DNA of 64,000 nt from a virus, in the IMG/VR virus record IMGVR_UViG_3300042564_005549, positions 17,705-81,704 of that record. The stretch is one strand, 5' to 3'. Under the pieces are notes generated by a model. The model saw only the letters and a program-made list of their open reading frames with translations, searched no databases and had not been told where the DNA came from. Positions 34,196-43,001 of this stretch are shown here, piece after piece (the first letter of the stretch is position 1; the number at the start of each line of letters is the position of its first letter). The position numbers were made by a program, and so were the translations under genes.

Positions 34196-35380
34196 ATGGC
34201 ACAATTAATATTAACTTGGTCGGCACCTTCGGATTGTAGTGGATGTACTTTTGAATATAGGTACAAACTTAGTAGTGCATCAACATATGTAACAGGTGCA
34301 ACAAGTAATACTATTGTAACAATTAATAATTTAATTGACGCTCAAACATACAATTACAGTGTTAGGACCGTATGTCCTGATGCTGGAGGTAATTTAAGAA
34401 GTAGATGGTTAAATGGAAGTTCAGTTACTTGTAACACGAATCCACCATTACAACCAACACCCACACCTACAATTACCCCTACACCTACATCAACACCAAC
34501 TAGTACTCCAACACCGACACCAACGGCGACCGTATTAACACCAACCGCAACACCTACCCCAACTCCTACACCTACAACAACCGTAGGGTCTTGTTTAAGT
34601 GGTGATTTGACATCTTCAGGTAATTGTAGTAGTTCAGATTTGGCATCGTTTACATTATCTAGTGGTTATCAAGCAACGATTACACCAAGTGGATTTTTCT
34701 ATAGTGGTACAGGAACTAGATATGCTTATGCATATTTAAGGACAAGTACAGGGACTAACATCCAACAATTTACATTAACGCAAGTTAACAGCACCACACC
34801 AACATTCTCACCAAGTACGTATACAATTACGACACCAGGTTCATATCAACTTTACGTACAACAAGTTGATTGTAATCAGGGAGGCACAGGAGGTTCGGGT
34901 ACAATGAGCCTTACTGTTGGTAATTGTCAAGTTTATACTGCACCGACTCCTACTCCTACCCCAACTCCAACAGCACAGCCAATTTACACTTTCTATGCCG
35001 CGAGTCAAATACTTTGGGATAATGTAGGAACAACATATTGTAGTGAACCGGGATATATTATGTCAGGTCCATTATACTCTCTTGACGCAACACTCACACC
35101 GGGCTCAACAGTATTATACACTGACTATACTTTAGAAACGGAATATGTTGGTGGATGGACTAATAGTTCAAACTATCGATTTGCGTATATTACCTCAACG
35201 GACCATCAATTATATACAAATTATCCGAGCTATCCAAACACCATTGACCCTGACGCAGATGGAAATATGGGAGGGATATTCAAATTTGCCGGCGTAGATG
35301 AAAATGGTGTTGTACAAACAACAGGAATATATAGTTGTAGTGGTGGAGGTTCAGGTGGAGGCGATGGTGCCATTGAATAA
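34196..35380 (+). CDS. FN3-like + Pro-Thr linker protein
   Basis: LTW.AP...YRYK...INNL....YNYSVRTVC FN3 signature; Gly-rich C-terminus. Confidence 0.72.
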   Translation: MAQLILTWSAPSDCSGCTFEYRYKLSSASTYVTGATSNTIVTINNLIDAQTYNYSVRTVCPDAGGNLRSRWLNGSSVTCNTNPPLQPTPTPTITPTPTSTPTSTPTPTPTATVLTPTATPTPTPTPTTTVGSCLSGDLTSSGNCSSSDLASFTLSSGYQATITPSGFFYSGTGTRYAYAYLRTSTGTNIQQFTLTQVNSTTPTFSPSTYTITTPGSYQLYVQQVDCNQGGTGGSGTMSLTVGNCQVYTAPTPTPTPTPTAQPIYTFYAASQILWDNVGTTYCSEPGYIMSGPLYSLDATLTPGSTVLYTDYTLETEYVGGWTNSSNYRFAYITSTDHQLYTNYPSYPNTIDPDADGNMGGIFKFAGVDENGVVQTTGIYSCSGGGSGGGDGAIE

Positions 35381-35416
35381 CGATAACATAAATTCTAAAA
35401 AGAATATTTATAACAT

Positions 35417-37573
35417 ATGAGTTTTTTACACGAAAATGAATCAGAACATATAGCTGCGAGAATCACCAACGAAGGTAGACAAAAAATTGCTGAAGGTAAT
35501 TTCAATATTGTCTATTTCCAAGTCGGAGATTCCGAATATGACTATAATTTCGAAGAGTATGATGGTACTTCAGGTACCACAAACCCATCTCAAAAGGTAT
35601 TCACACCTTTGGATAAAGATTCTATTGTAAAATACCCATACAAGTTATCAGAATCAACAGTTACAGGTACAACATTTGGTAACCCAATTCAAGTAGCTCA
35701 AATAGAAACTATTAGAAATGAAATGGGCGCTGCGGGATTTGTTTCGGCTTATTTAGAATTTGATGATACAACAGACCCTTGTACAGGAACAACCGTTGAA
35801 TGTTCAAATGAAAAGATACCGGTTTCGGCTTTATCAGGAACCACAACATTATATCTAACAGGAAACACATTTTCTGATTGTCAATATATAACAATTGCAT
35901 TTACTGAATTAATCGGTGCAGATGCGGTGATTTCAGGAACATCAACAAGTTTAATTTATAGAGTAACTAATTTTGTTTCAGGTTCATCTGTTAATACATT
36001 AACATTGGATAGAGCGACTCCAAATATGTCAAATATATGTTCAGGAGGTTTTGCAACTGTTATGTGTAACAAATGTAACCCATTTTTTCCTGGTCCATAT
36101 GAAACAGATTTAACTTGTTTACCAAACACACAAAACCCTGAAGACCAACAAGACCCTTGGACATTGAACATTGTGTGGAGTGAAAGACCTGCCGGTGTTA
36201 AAAACCAAGGTTCAGAAATTCAAGAATATGTTAGTGGTTACACAAGTAACGTATTCGTTTCAACAAAAGAATTTTTAGGATACGGTTCGTCATCGGGACA
36301 AACTGTAAACACAGGAACAACAATTACCAATTCATTTGGTGATTCGGTTGTTGTATTTCCTGAAGAACAACATAGTATAGCGATTATACATTATTCGGAA
36401 TTGAATACTGAAAGAGAACCTGAAAAATTCTTTAAGTATGAAGATTATATTAGTACTAATAATAGTCTTACTGATGCGTTATTATATGACACAGACGACC
36501 AACCAGTTACTGATTTAGATTACTTTGAGGTTTATATTCCATTTATTTATTATAATAGAAATACCGGTACCACAATAGGTGCAACATTCACAATGGATAC
36601 TACAGATTATTTTGTGAATTCAACCGCAATGGATACTAAATTAAATAAAATAAAGTACAGATACCTAATTGACGAAAGAGGATATAGAGTAGGTAGAGTT
36701 TATTATAATAACAAAATAATTGTATTTGATGACCAAGAGATTGTTGCAGTTTTAGATTACAAATCTAATAGAAAATATACATTACCAATTCCAAGAGTTT
36801 CTCAAGTTCCTGTTGATACTAAATGTAGCACCAATGGTAACCCATTAACACCACTTATGAGTGGAACTACAGGTCAAACTGTATTTGTTACATATCTTTT
36901 AGAATTTAGTGGGTCAACATCTTTACATTGTAACCACTATTCAAAAATAACAGGTACATCGTTAAATGCTGATATATCATTAAGATTCTCTGATGATGAT
37001 TGGGGACATATGAAATCTACAAAATGTGGATTTAAAGATGGTTACATTGCTGACAAATTATATGCATTAGTTCAATTGGTAGACACTGGTGACCAACCAC
37101 AAACTAATTTATGGACAAAGATTAATATTACATCGGACATCCCTAACCATACTACAGGATTAATTGACCCTGATAATTTAAAAGGTGCACGTTTTGTTAT
37201 CACAAATGATGATTATGATAATGGTACGATATATGACATTGAAGACCATTTAGGTGAATTACCCGACCAACCAGCACCATATGCAAACGGTAGTTTTTAT
37301 CAAACAACTCCTCAATTTGGTGACGAACAACCATTCCCTGGTAGTGTAAAATTGATTAGAGCTTCCGACTTAACTGTTATGAGATTCTTAGTTAATTTAC
37401 CAAATGGTGAATTTACAACAACACAAAACCCAAGTTATACCACAGGTAAAACTAAAAGAATTACTGAAGTTGCTTTACTTAACAGTAATAAAGAAGTTTT
37501 AGTAATCGGTAAAACACCAAAACCAATTCACAGAGTAGGAACTCAAGTATTTGCAGTTAAAATTGACCTCTAA
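35417..37573 (+). CDS. Tail/baseplate fibre-attachment protein (tail-collar DUF3751-like termini)
   Basis: N-terminal ITNEGRQKIA.G......F..GD and C-terminal ITEVALL......L.IGK..KPI.......KID motifs flank a large insert. Confidence 0.6.
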   Translation: MSFLHENESEHIAARITNEGRQKIAEGNFNIVYFQVGDSEYDYNFEEYDGTSGTTNPSQKVFTPLDKDSIVKYPYKLSESTVTGTTFGNPIQVAQIETIRNEMGAAGFVSAYLEFDDTTDPCTGTTVECSNEKIPVSALSGTTTLYLTGNTFSDCQYITIAFTELIGADAVISGTSTSLIYRVTNFVSGSSVNTLTLDRATPNMSNICSGGFATVMCNKCNPFFPGPYETDLTCLPNTQNPEDQQDPWTLNIVWSERPAGVKNQGSEIQEYVSGYTSNVFVSTKEFLGYGSSSGQTVNTGTTITNSFGDSVVVFPEEQHSIAIIHYSELNTEREPEKFFKYEDYISTNNSLTDALLYDTDDQPVTDLDYFEVYIPFIYYNRNTGTTIGATFTMDTTDYFVNSTAMDTKLNKIKYRYLIDERGYRVGRVYYNNKIIVFDDQEIVAVLDYKSNRKYTLPIPRVSQVPVDTKCSTNGNPLTPLMSGTTGQTVFVTYLLEFSGSTSLHCNHYSKITGTSLNADISLRFSDDDWGHMKSTKCGFKDGYIADKLYALVQLVDTGDQPQTNLWTKINITSDIPNHTTGLIDPDNLKGARFVITNDDYDNGTIYDIEDHLGELPDQPAPYANGSFYQTTPQFGDEQPFPGSVKLIRASDLTVMRFLVNLPNGEFTTTQNPSYTTGKTKRITEVALLNSNKEVLVIGKTPKPIHRVGTQVFAVKIDL

Positions 37574-37576
37574 CTA

Positions 37577-37605
37577 TTTACAAAACAAATAATATTATTT
37601 ATATA
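37577..37605 (+). promoter_or_regulatory. Sigma70-type promoter TTTACA-N17-TATATT
   Basis: Same architecture as the promoters at 4977 and 56645. Confidence 0.5.
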
Positions 37606-37612
37606 TTATTTT

Positions 37613-38224
37613 ATGGAGAACAATTTAAAAAACAAAGCAAAGATTTTGGGATTGGATATCTCAACCAAAACTATTGGCTGGGCATTATTCGATATTAATA
37701 GTTCCAAACTATTGGAGTTAACACACTTCTCACCAAAAATCAAACCACAACCGGAAGATAAAATTGAAGAATTGTTGTTAAAGGCTGAAGCTTTTAAAAA
37801 ACATCTTGAAGCTTATAGGAATATGGGTATCACGAGAGTGGTCATTGAAGAACCGTTATTACAATCAAATAACATTTATACCGTTGGTACTTTATTACGT
37901 TACAATACTTTGATTTTAAAGAATTGTTATGACGTGTTAGGAATCGTTCCAACATTCATCTCAACATATAATGCAAGAAAATTTGCCTTTCCTGATTTGG
38001 TTGGCGCAAATGATAAAGGTCGTAATGTGTTATTTGGTGGATACCCAAAAGACATCGACAAGAAACACGTAATTTGGGAGCACGTTAATAACGTATGTCC
38101 TGATGTTAAGTGGTTGTATGGTAAAACAGGAGCACTTAAAAAAGAAAATTACGATATGAGTGATGCCGCAACTGCTGTGATTGGATATGTTAATATGGTG
38201 AAGACAGAAAAATCCGGCAACTAA
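37613..38224 (+). CDS. RuvC-like Holliday junction resolvase
   Basis: ILGLD.S....GWA, VVIEEP and D..DA catalytic motifs. Confidence 0.8.
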   Translation: MENNLKNKAKILGLDISTKTIGWALFDINSSKLLELTHFSPKIKPQPEDKIEELLLKAEAFKKHLEAYRNMGITRVVIEEPLLQSNNIYTVGTLLRYNTLILKNCYDVLGIVPTFISTYNARKFAFPDLVGANDKGRNVLFGGYPKDIDKKHVIWEHVNNVCPDVKWLYGKTGALKKENYDMSDAATAVIGYVNMVKTEKSGN

Positions 38225-38262
38225 TATTTCACTTTTAAATAATTAAATAATATATTTATTAA

Positions 38263-38337
38263 TAGGACGGGACGTGAGCCTTAAAATTCACGTTTGGTTG
38301 GTGTTCCCTCGGAGTGGTGTCCGAGGGATTTTTTTTT
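38263..38337 (+). ncRNA. Candidate small RNA with its own promoter motif and terminator
   Basis: TATTTAT at 38253, hairpin acgtga/tcacgt, then the terminator hairpin; no credible ORF. Confidence 0.4.
38305..38337 (+). terminator. Rho-independent terminator
   Basis: Perfect 9-bp tccctcgga/tccgaggga stem followed by T9. Confidence 0.85.
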
Positions 38338-38364
38338 GTCCTTTTTTTTACTTATATTTTCCAT

Positions 38365-39306
38365 ATGGGTATATCTATCGACGATTACGAACCGATTATT
38401 GAGATTTTAGAAGATATTCTAGGGGACTATAGAATGCACAATGACTATAAAGGTCAAATGTCATTTGATTGTCCGGTTTGTTCGTATGAGTTAAAAGGAT
38501 TAGACCACGGAGACGGTAAAGGTAATTTAGAAGTAAACTACAGACATAACGTTTATAAATGTTGGGCTTGTAGTGAAGTTAATAATACTCACGGTTCTTT
38601 ACATAAATTAATTAAGAAATATGGGACAACCAAACATTTAAAAAGATATGAATTGTTGGTTCCCGAAGAAAGTTTTGAAAATGGAAAACCAAATTTTAAG
38701 GTTGTTAAATTACCCGAAGAATTTGTACCATTTTCTAAAGTTAGTGCCGGTTTAAAATTAACACACTACTATAAGACTGCGTTAAATTATGTCCGTAAAA
38801 GAAATATAACCGATGAGATGTTATACAAATATAACATTGGATTTTGTTATAGGGGACCATATAGCAATAGAATTATTATCCCTTCATATGATTCAGAAAA
38901 TAGGTTAAATTACTTTATTGCAAGGTCATATGAGGCAAACACTAAGTTTAAATATAAAAACCCTGAGGCACAAAAAGAAATAGTAATCTTCAACGAAAAT
39001 TTAATTGATTGGTTTATGCCAATCTATATTGTTGAGGGAGCATTTGATAGTATTTTTCTACCTAACTCAATTCCGATGTTAGGTAAAGTGATGGGTGAAA
39101 AATTATTTAGTTTATTATATGAGAAGGCATTAGAAGTTGTTGTGGTATTGGATGGAGATGCTTGGGAAAATTCTAAAAAAATATATCATAAGTTAAATGG
39201 TGGTAGATTATTTGGGAAAGTTTGGACAATAAAATTACCGTTAGATAAAGACATTGCTGACCTCCAAGGTAAATTAGGTGAATACGAAAAAATACAATTA
39301 GATTAA
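38365..39306 (+). CDS. DNA primase (Zn finger + TOPRIM)
   Basis: CPVC...CWAC, RIIIP, KYKNP, IVEGAFD and LDGDA motifs. Start moved to ATG 38365 because the listed start lies inside the terminator. Confidence 0.85.
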   Translation: MGISIDDYEPIIEILEDILGDYRMHNDYKGQMSFDCPVCSYELKGLDHGDGKGNLEVNYRHNVYKCWACSEVNNTHGSLHKLIKKYGTTKHLKRYELLVPEESFENGKPNFKVVKLPEEFVPFSKVSAGLKLTHYYKTALNYVRKRNITDEMLYKYNIGFCYRGPYSNRIIIPSYDSENRLNYFIARSYEANTKFKYKNPEAQKEIVIFNENLIDWFMPIYIVEGAFDSIFLPNSIPMLGKVMGEKLFSLLYEKALEVVVVLDGDAWENSKKIYHKLNGGRLFGKVWTIKLPLDKDIADLQGKLGEYEKIQLD

Positions 39307-39307
39307 T

Positions 39308-40165
39308 ATGAATTTAGTAGAAATCTCAAAAGAGATAAACAATTTATTAGAAGAGAGAAGAAAGGATTTAGAACTTACTTTTATTGAGGAAGAACACATT
39401 TATTATATGAAAGATATGAATGGTGTTTTGAGAAAAACATTTCCATCAGTATCTAAAGTAGTAAAGAAATTCCATAAAGCATTTGATGCTGAAGGTACCG
39501 CACTAAGAATGTGTAACGGTGACCCAATTGCTGCTCGAGAGTTACAGGAACAATGGAAAGCAACCGGACAGTATGCTACCAATATGGGTAGTCGTGTTCA
39601 CTTTGAATTAGAGAGTGATTTAGTACAAAGACACGAAGACTACAAAGAAGTTCGTAGACCAATTTTTGAATGTGACGAAACACAACTTACCAAAAGTGAT
39701 AATATGATTATTGCAGGTAAACAGTTTCTTGACTTAATGTTAGAAAGAGGTGCGATTCTTATTGATACAGAAATAGTGTTAGGTGATAATGAATTAGGAT
39801 ATACGGGTCAGCCGGATAAAATATGGTTGATGTCGAATAAAGAAGGTACTGACTTTGGTATTGTTGTTACCGATTGGAAAACCAATCAACCAAAAAACTT
39901 TGAAGTCCAACACTACACAGGTAGATTGTACCCACCATTCCAAGAGTATCACGATACTGCGTTAGGTCATTATTACATACAACTTCCACTTTACGCAAGA
40001 TTGTTGATAAAGATGTTAAAAGGAACCAAGTACGAAAATTTAAAATTATTAGGTTGTGTGATTGTATTATTAAAAGAAGATGGTACATTCGTAGAGTACA
40101 AAGTTCCGCCACAAATTAACAACACAATCCTTCAAATGGATTTAACAAAATATACAAAGAAATGA
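39308..40165 (+). CDS. PD-(D/E)XK exonuclease (RecB/Cas4-like fold)
   Basis: SV, G..VH, GQPD, DWKT and Q..LY motifs. Confidence 0.8.
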   Translation: MNLVEISKEINNLLEERRKDLELTFIEEEHIYYMKDMNGVLRKTFPSVSKVVKKFHKAFDAEGTALRMCNGDPIAARELQEQWKATGQYATNMGSRVHFELESDLVQRHEDYKEVRRPIFECDETQLTKSDNMIIAGKQFLDLMLERGAILIDTEIVLGDNELGYTGQPDKIWLMSNKEGTDFGIVVTDWKTNQPKNFEVQHYTGRLYPPFQEYHDTALGHYYIQLPLYARLLIKMLKGTKYENLKLLGCVIVLLKEDGTFVEYKVPPQINNTILQMDLTKYTKK

Positions 40166-40986
40166 TAAAGAAAATAATTCACATTGCTGATTTACATATT
40201 CGTACAATTCAAATGCACGAGTTGTATAAAAAACAATTTGATAGATTAATTGATGAGATTAAAGAACACTCAATTCAATGGACATCAGAAGGTATTGGAT
40301 GGGACGAAATTCGAATAGTAATCGCTGGTGACATTGCACACCAAAAGATTAATATATCTAATGAACAACTATTATTAACAAGTTGGTTCTTAAATAAATT
40401 ATCAGGATATGGTAAAGTAATTATCATACCGGGAAATCACGATTTCTTAGAAAATAATACAGAACGTATCGATAGTATCACACCTATCGTGGAATTATTG
40501 GATAACAAAAACATTACATACCTAAAAGATAGTGGTGATTACGTTGATACCGAAGGTAATGTCCAATGGGTTGTTTATTCATTATATCAACACAATGTTA
40601 GACCTGAATTCACTAAACAAGAAGGGTTATTAACAGTCGGATTATTTCACGGACCGATTCAAGGATTGTCAACTGATTTAGGTTTTGAGTTTGAGGATGC
40701 ATATGATAGATTAAACTTTGTTGATTTAGATTTATTATTATGTGGAGATATTCATAAGAGACAACAATGGGATTTACCTAACGGAGGAAAGGCGGTTATG
40801 GTTGGAAGTCTAATCCAACAAAACTTTGGCGAAACTATTAAACATCACGGATATGGAATCTACGATGTTAATACCAAGGATTATACATTCCACGATTTAC
40901 CAAACGACCAACCATTTATGCATTTTAAAATAACAGATATTAACGATATTGAAAATGAGCAAGAGGAACTTATTAACCTTGGGTGA
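40162..40986 (+). CDS. sbcD: Mre11/SbcD-like metallophosphoesterase nuclease (gp47-like)
   Basis: ADLH, AGD, GNHD, FHG, GDIH and GS..Q..FGE motifs. Confidence 0.85.
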   Translation: MIKKIIHIADLHIRTIQMHELYKKQFDRLIDEIKEHSIQWTSEGIGWDEIRIVIAGDIAHQKINISNEQLLLTSWFLNKLSGYGKVIIIPGNHDFLENNTERIDSITPIVELLDNKNITYLKDSGDYVDTEGNVQWVVYSLYQHNVRPEFTKQEGLLTVGLFHGPIQGLSTDLGFEFEDAYDRLNFVDLDLLLCGDIHKRQQWDLPNGGKAVMVGSLIQQNFGETIKHHGYGIYDVNTKDYTFHDLPNDQPFMHFKITDINDIENEQEELINLG

Positions 40987-41404
40987 TGAGTTTCTTGAGT
41001 ATTGCCGATTAAACGAAATTAAAGACGTTGAAAAATTGGCTAAAGAAACATTTCAAAGGGGTTTCACTATATTGAAGTATGGTGAGACCCCATACGGTAT
41101 TAAGGGTACCGATAAAGTTGTTGAAAAAGAAATTATCAAAGAGGTTGTTGTTGAAAAAATCGTAGAGGTAATTAAAGAAGTTCCCGTTGAAAAAATTGTG
41201 GAGGTGATTAAAGAAGTCCCTATTGAAATAGTCGGAGATACACAAATCATCACTAAGGAAGTTATAAAAGAAATAACTGTGGTGGATAATACCGAAATAG
41301 AAAAATTAAGAGAAGAGAATAATAAGTTAAACGAGGCTTTAAATAAATTTAATAAGGCAACGTTTATGAAAAATAGTGATTTGAATAATTTATATGGCGA
41401 ATAA
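40955..41404 (+). CDS. Hypothetical protein with VEKIVEVIKEVP repeats
   Basis: Charged Val/Ile repeat seen in the translation; probable ATG start at 40955. Confidence 0.65.
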   Translation: MSKRNLLTLGDEFLEYCRLNEIKDVEKLAKETFQRGFTILKYGETPYGIKGTDKVVEKEIIKEVVVEKIVEVIKEVPVEKIVEVIKEVPIEIVGDTQIITKEVIKEITVVDNTEIEKLREENNKLNEALNKFNKATFMKNSDLNNLYGE

Positions 41405-42635
41405 ATTTAAAATAGGATTTATTGGTTTAGGTAAGTTGGGTTTACCTTGTGCATTGGCAATTGATAATAAGGGACACGATGTGTGGGGTTATGATATTGA
41501 TAATACCGTCGAGGAAATTCTTAATGGTAAGAAACTACCTTACCTTGAAGAAGGGGCTGAGGATTTATTAAAGACTCACAATATCAAATACGGAACAGTA
41601 AAAGATGTTGTGAATCATTCTGATATAATATTTGTCCCAATCCAAACTCCTCACGATTATAAATTTGAAGGGTGTACAAGAATACCCGATGAAAGGTCAG
41701 ACTTTGATTACGAACCTTTAAAAAATGGAATTAAAACTCTATCTGATGAAATACTAAAACAGGATGGAGAAAAGATTGTGGTAATCATATCAACAGTTTT
41801 ACCCGGTACTATTGAAAGAGAAATAATGCCGATAATTGAAAGAAATGAAAATTTTATATTGTGTTATAACCCGTACTTCATTGCTATGGGAACAACAATA
41901 AACGATTTTTTAAATCCTGAATTCATATTATTTGGTTCTAAAGATAAAAGAGCATCGAAGTATGTTAAGAAGTTTTATGAAACATTACACGATAAACCAT
42001 TTTATCAAACGTCAATCAAAAATGCAGAATTAATTAAAGTTTCCTATAATACCTTTATTGGTATGAAGATAGTATTTGCTAATACGATTATGGAAATTTG
42101 TCATAAAACCGGTGCGAACATCGATGAAGTTATGGGTGGTTTGAAATTGGCAACGAACAGATTAATTTCCACCAAATATTTAAATGGAGGGATGGGAGAT
42201 GGAGGAGGATGTCACCCAAGAGATAACATAGCAATGAGTTGGTTGGCTAATAAATTAAACCTATCCCACAATTTTTTTGAAGATATTATGGAAGCAAGAG
42301 AAGAACAAACAGAATTCTTAATCGAATTATTAACACAACAACCAGGACCATATACAATCTTGGGTAAGACGTTTAAAGAAAATACCAATTTAACTTTGGG
42401 TTCACCATCAATGTTATTGGCTAATATGTTAACGGAGCAAGGAGTTACATTCCAACACTACGACCCATTTGTCGACACGGTTGAACCATATTTTGAAAAA
42501 GGAACATATATTGTAACCGTACCTCACGAACAATTTATAAATTTTATTTTCCCTTCAGGTTCGATTGTTATTGATGTTTGGAGAATCTTAGACATCAACG
42601 ACTCAACAGTTACACATATTAAAGTAGGTAACTAG
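41394..42635 (+). CDS. UDP-glucose/GDP-mannose dehydrogenase family protein
   Basis: GFIGLGKLGLP Rossmann motif, STVLPGT, AELIK...N, catalytic GGGCHPRD and LGKTFK. Confidence 0.9.
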   Translation: MANKFKIGFIGLGKLGLPCALAIDNKGHDVWGYDIDNTVEEILNGKKLPYLEEGAEDLLKTHNIKYGTVKDVVNHSDIIFVPIQTPHDYKFEGCTRIPDERSDFDYEPLKNGIKTLSDEILKQDGEKIVVIISTVLPGTIEREIMPIIERNENFILCYNPYFIAMGTTINDFLNPEFILFGSKDKRASKYVKKFYETLHDKPFYQTSIKNAELIKVSYNTFIGMKIVFANTIMEICHKTGANIDEVMGGLKLATNRLISTKYLNGGMGDGGGCHPRDNIAMSWLANKLNLSHNFFEDIMEAREEQTEFLIELLTQQPGPYTILGKTFKENTNLTLGSPSMLLANMLTEQGVTFQHYDPFVDTVEPYFEKGTYIVTVPHEQFINFIFPSGSIVIDVWRILDINDSTVTHIKVGN

Positions 42636-42686
42636 TTTTGATTTATCCATTTTTTTAGTTATATTTTTATAACAAAGAATATTATT

Positions 42687-42998
42687 ATGGATAAAATTTT
42701 ATTATGGTCACTCGCCGCTTATGGAATGACCTCAATTATTGTATGGGGTTCTATCTTTGAATCAACAAGAGAATTTATAAAAAGAAACTCAAAGTTTTTT
42801 GGGGACTTAGTTAGTTGTACTTTATGTACAAGTACTTGGGTTGGTTTTTTTATGTCATTAGCCTTAGGTGGATTAACAACTAAATTCTTCGATATACATT
42901 GGGTATTCGGAATCTTTTGGGACGGTATGTTCACGGCAGGTATTGTGTGGTCAATAAATGCAATCATCGAATTTTTTGAAGAAAGTAGATTAAAATAA
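42687..42998 (+). CDS. Small membrane protein with CxxC (DUF1360-like)
   Basis: Hydrophobic helices and an LVSCTLCTSTW motif. Confidence 0.65.
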   Translation: MDKILLWSLAAYGMTSIIVWGSIFESTREFIKRNSKFFGDLVSCTLCTSTWVGFFMSLALGGLTTKFFDIHWVFGIFWDGMFTAGIVWSINAIIEFFEESRLK

Positions 42999-43001
42999 TC
43001 T

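Noticed and set aside
39308-40165. Cas4-like nuclease as evidence of CRISPR-Cas
   Set aside because: It lacks the Fe-S cysteine set and sits in a replication operon, so it is an ordinary phage PD-(D/E)XK exonuclease.
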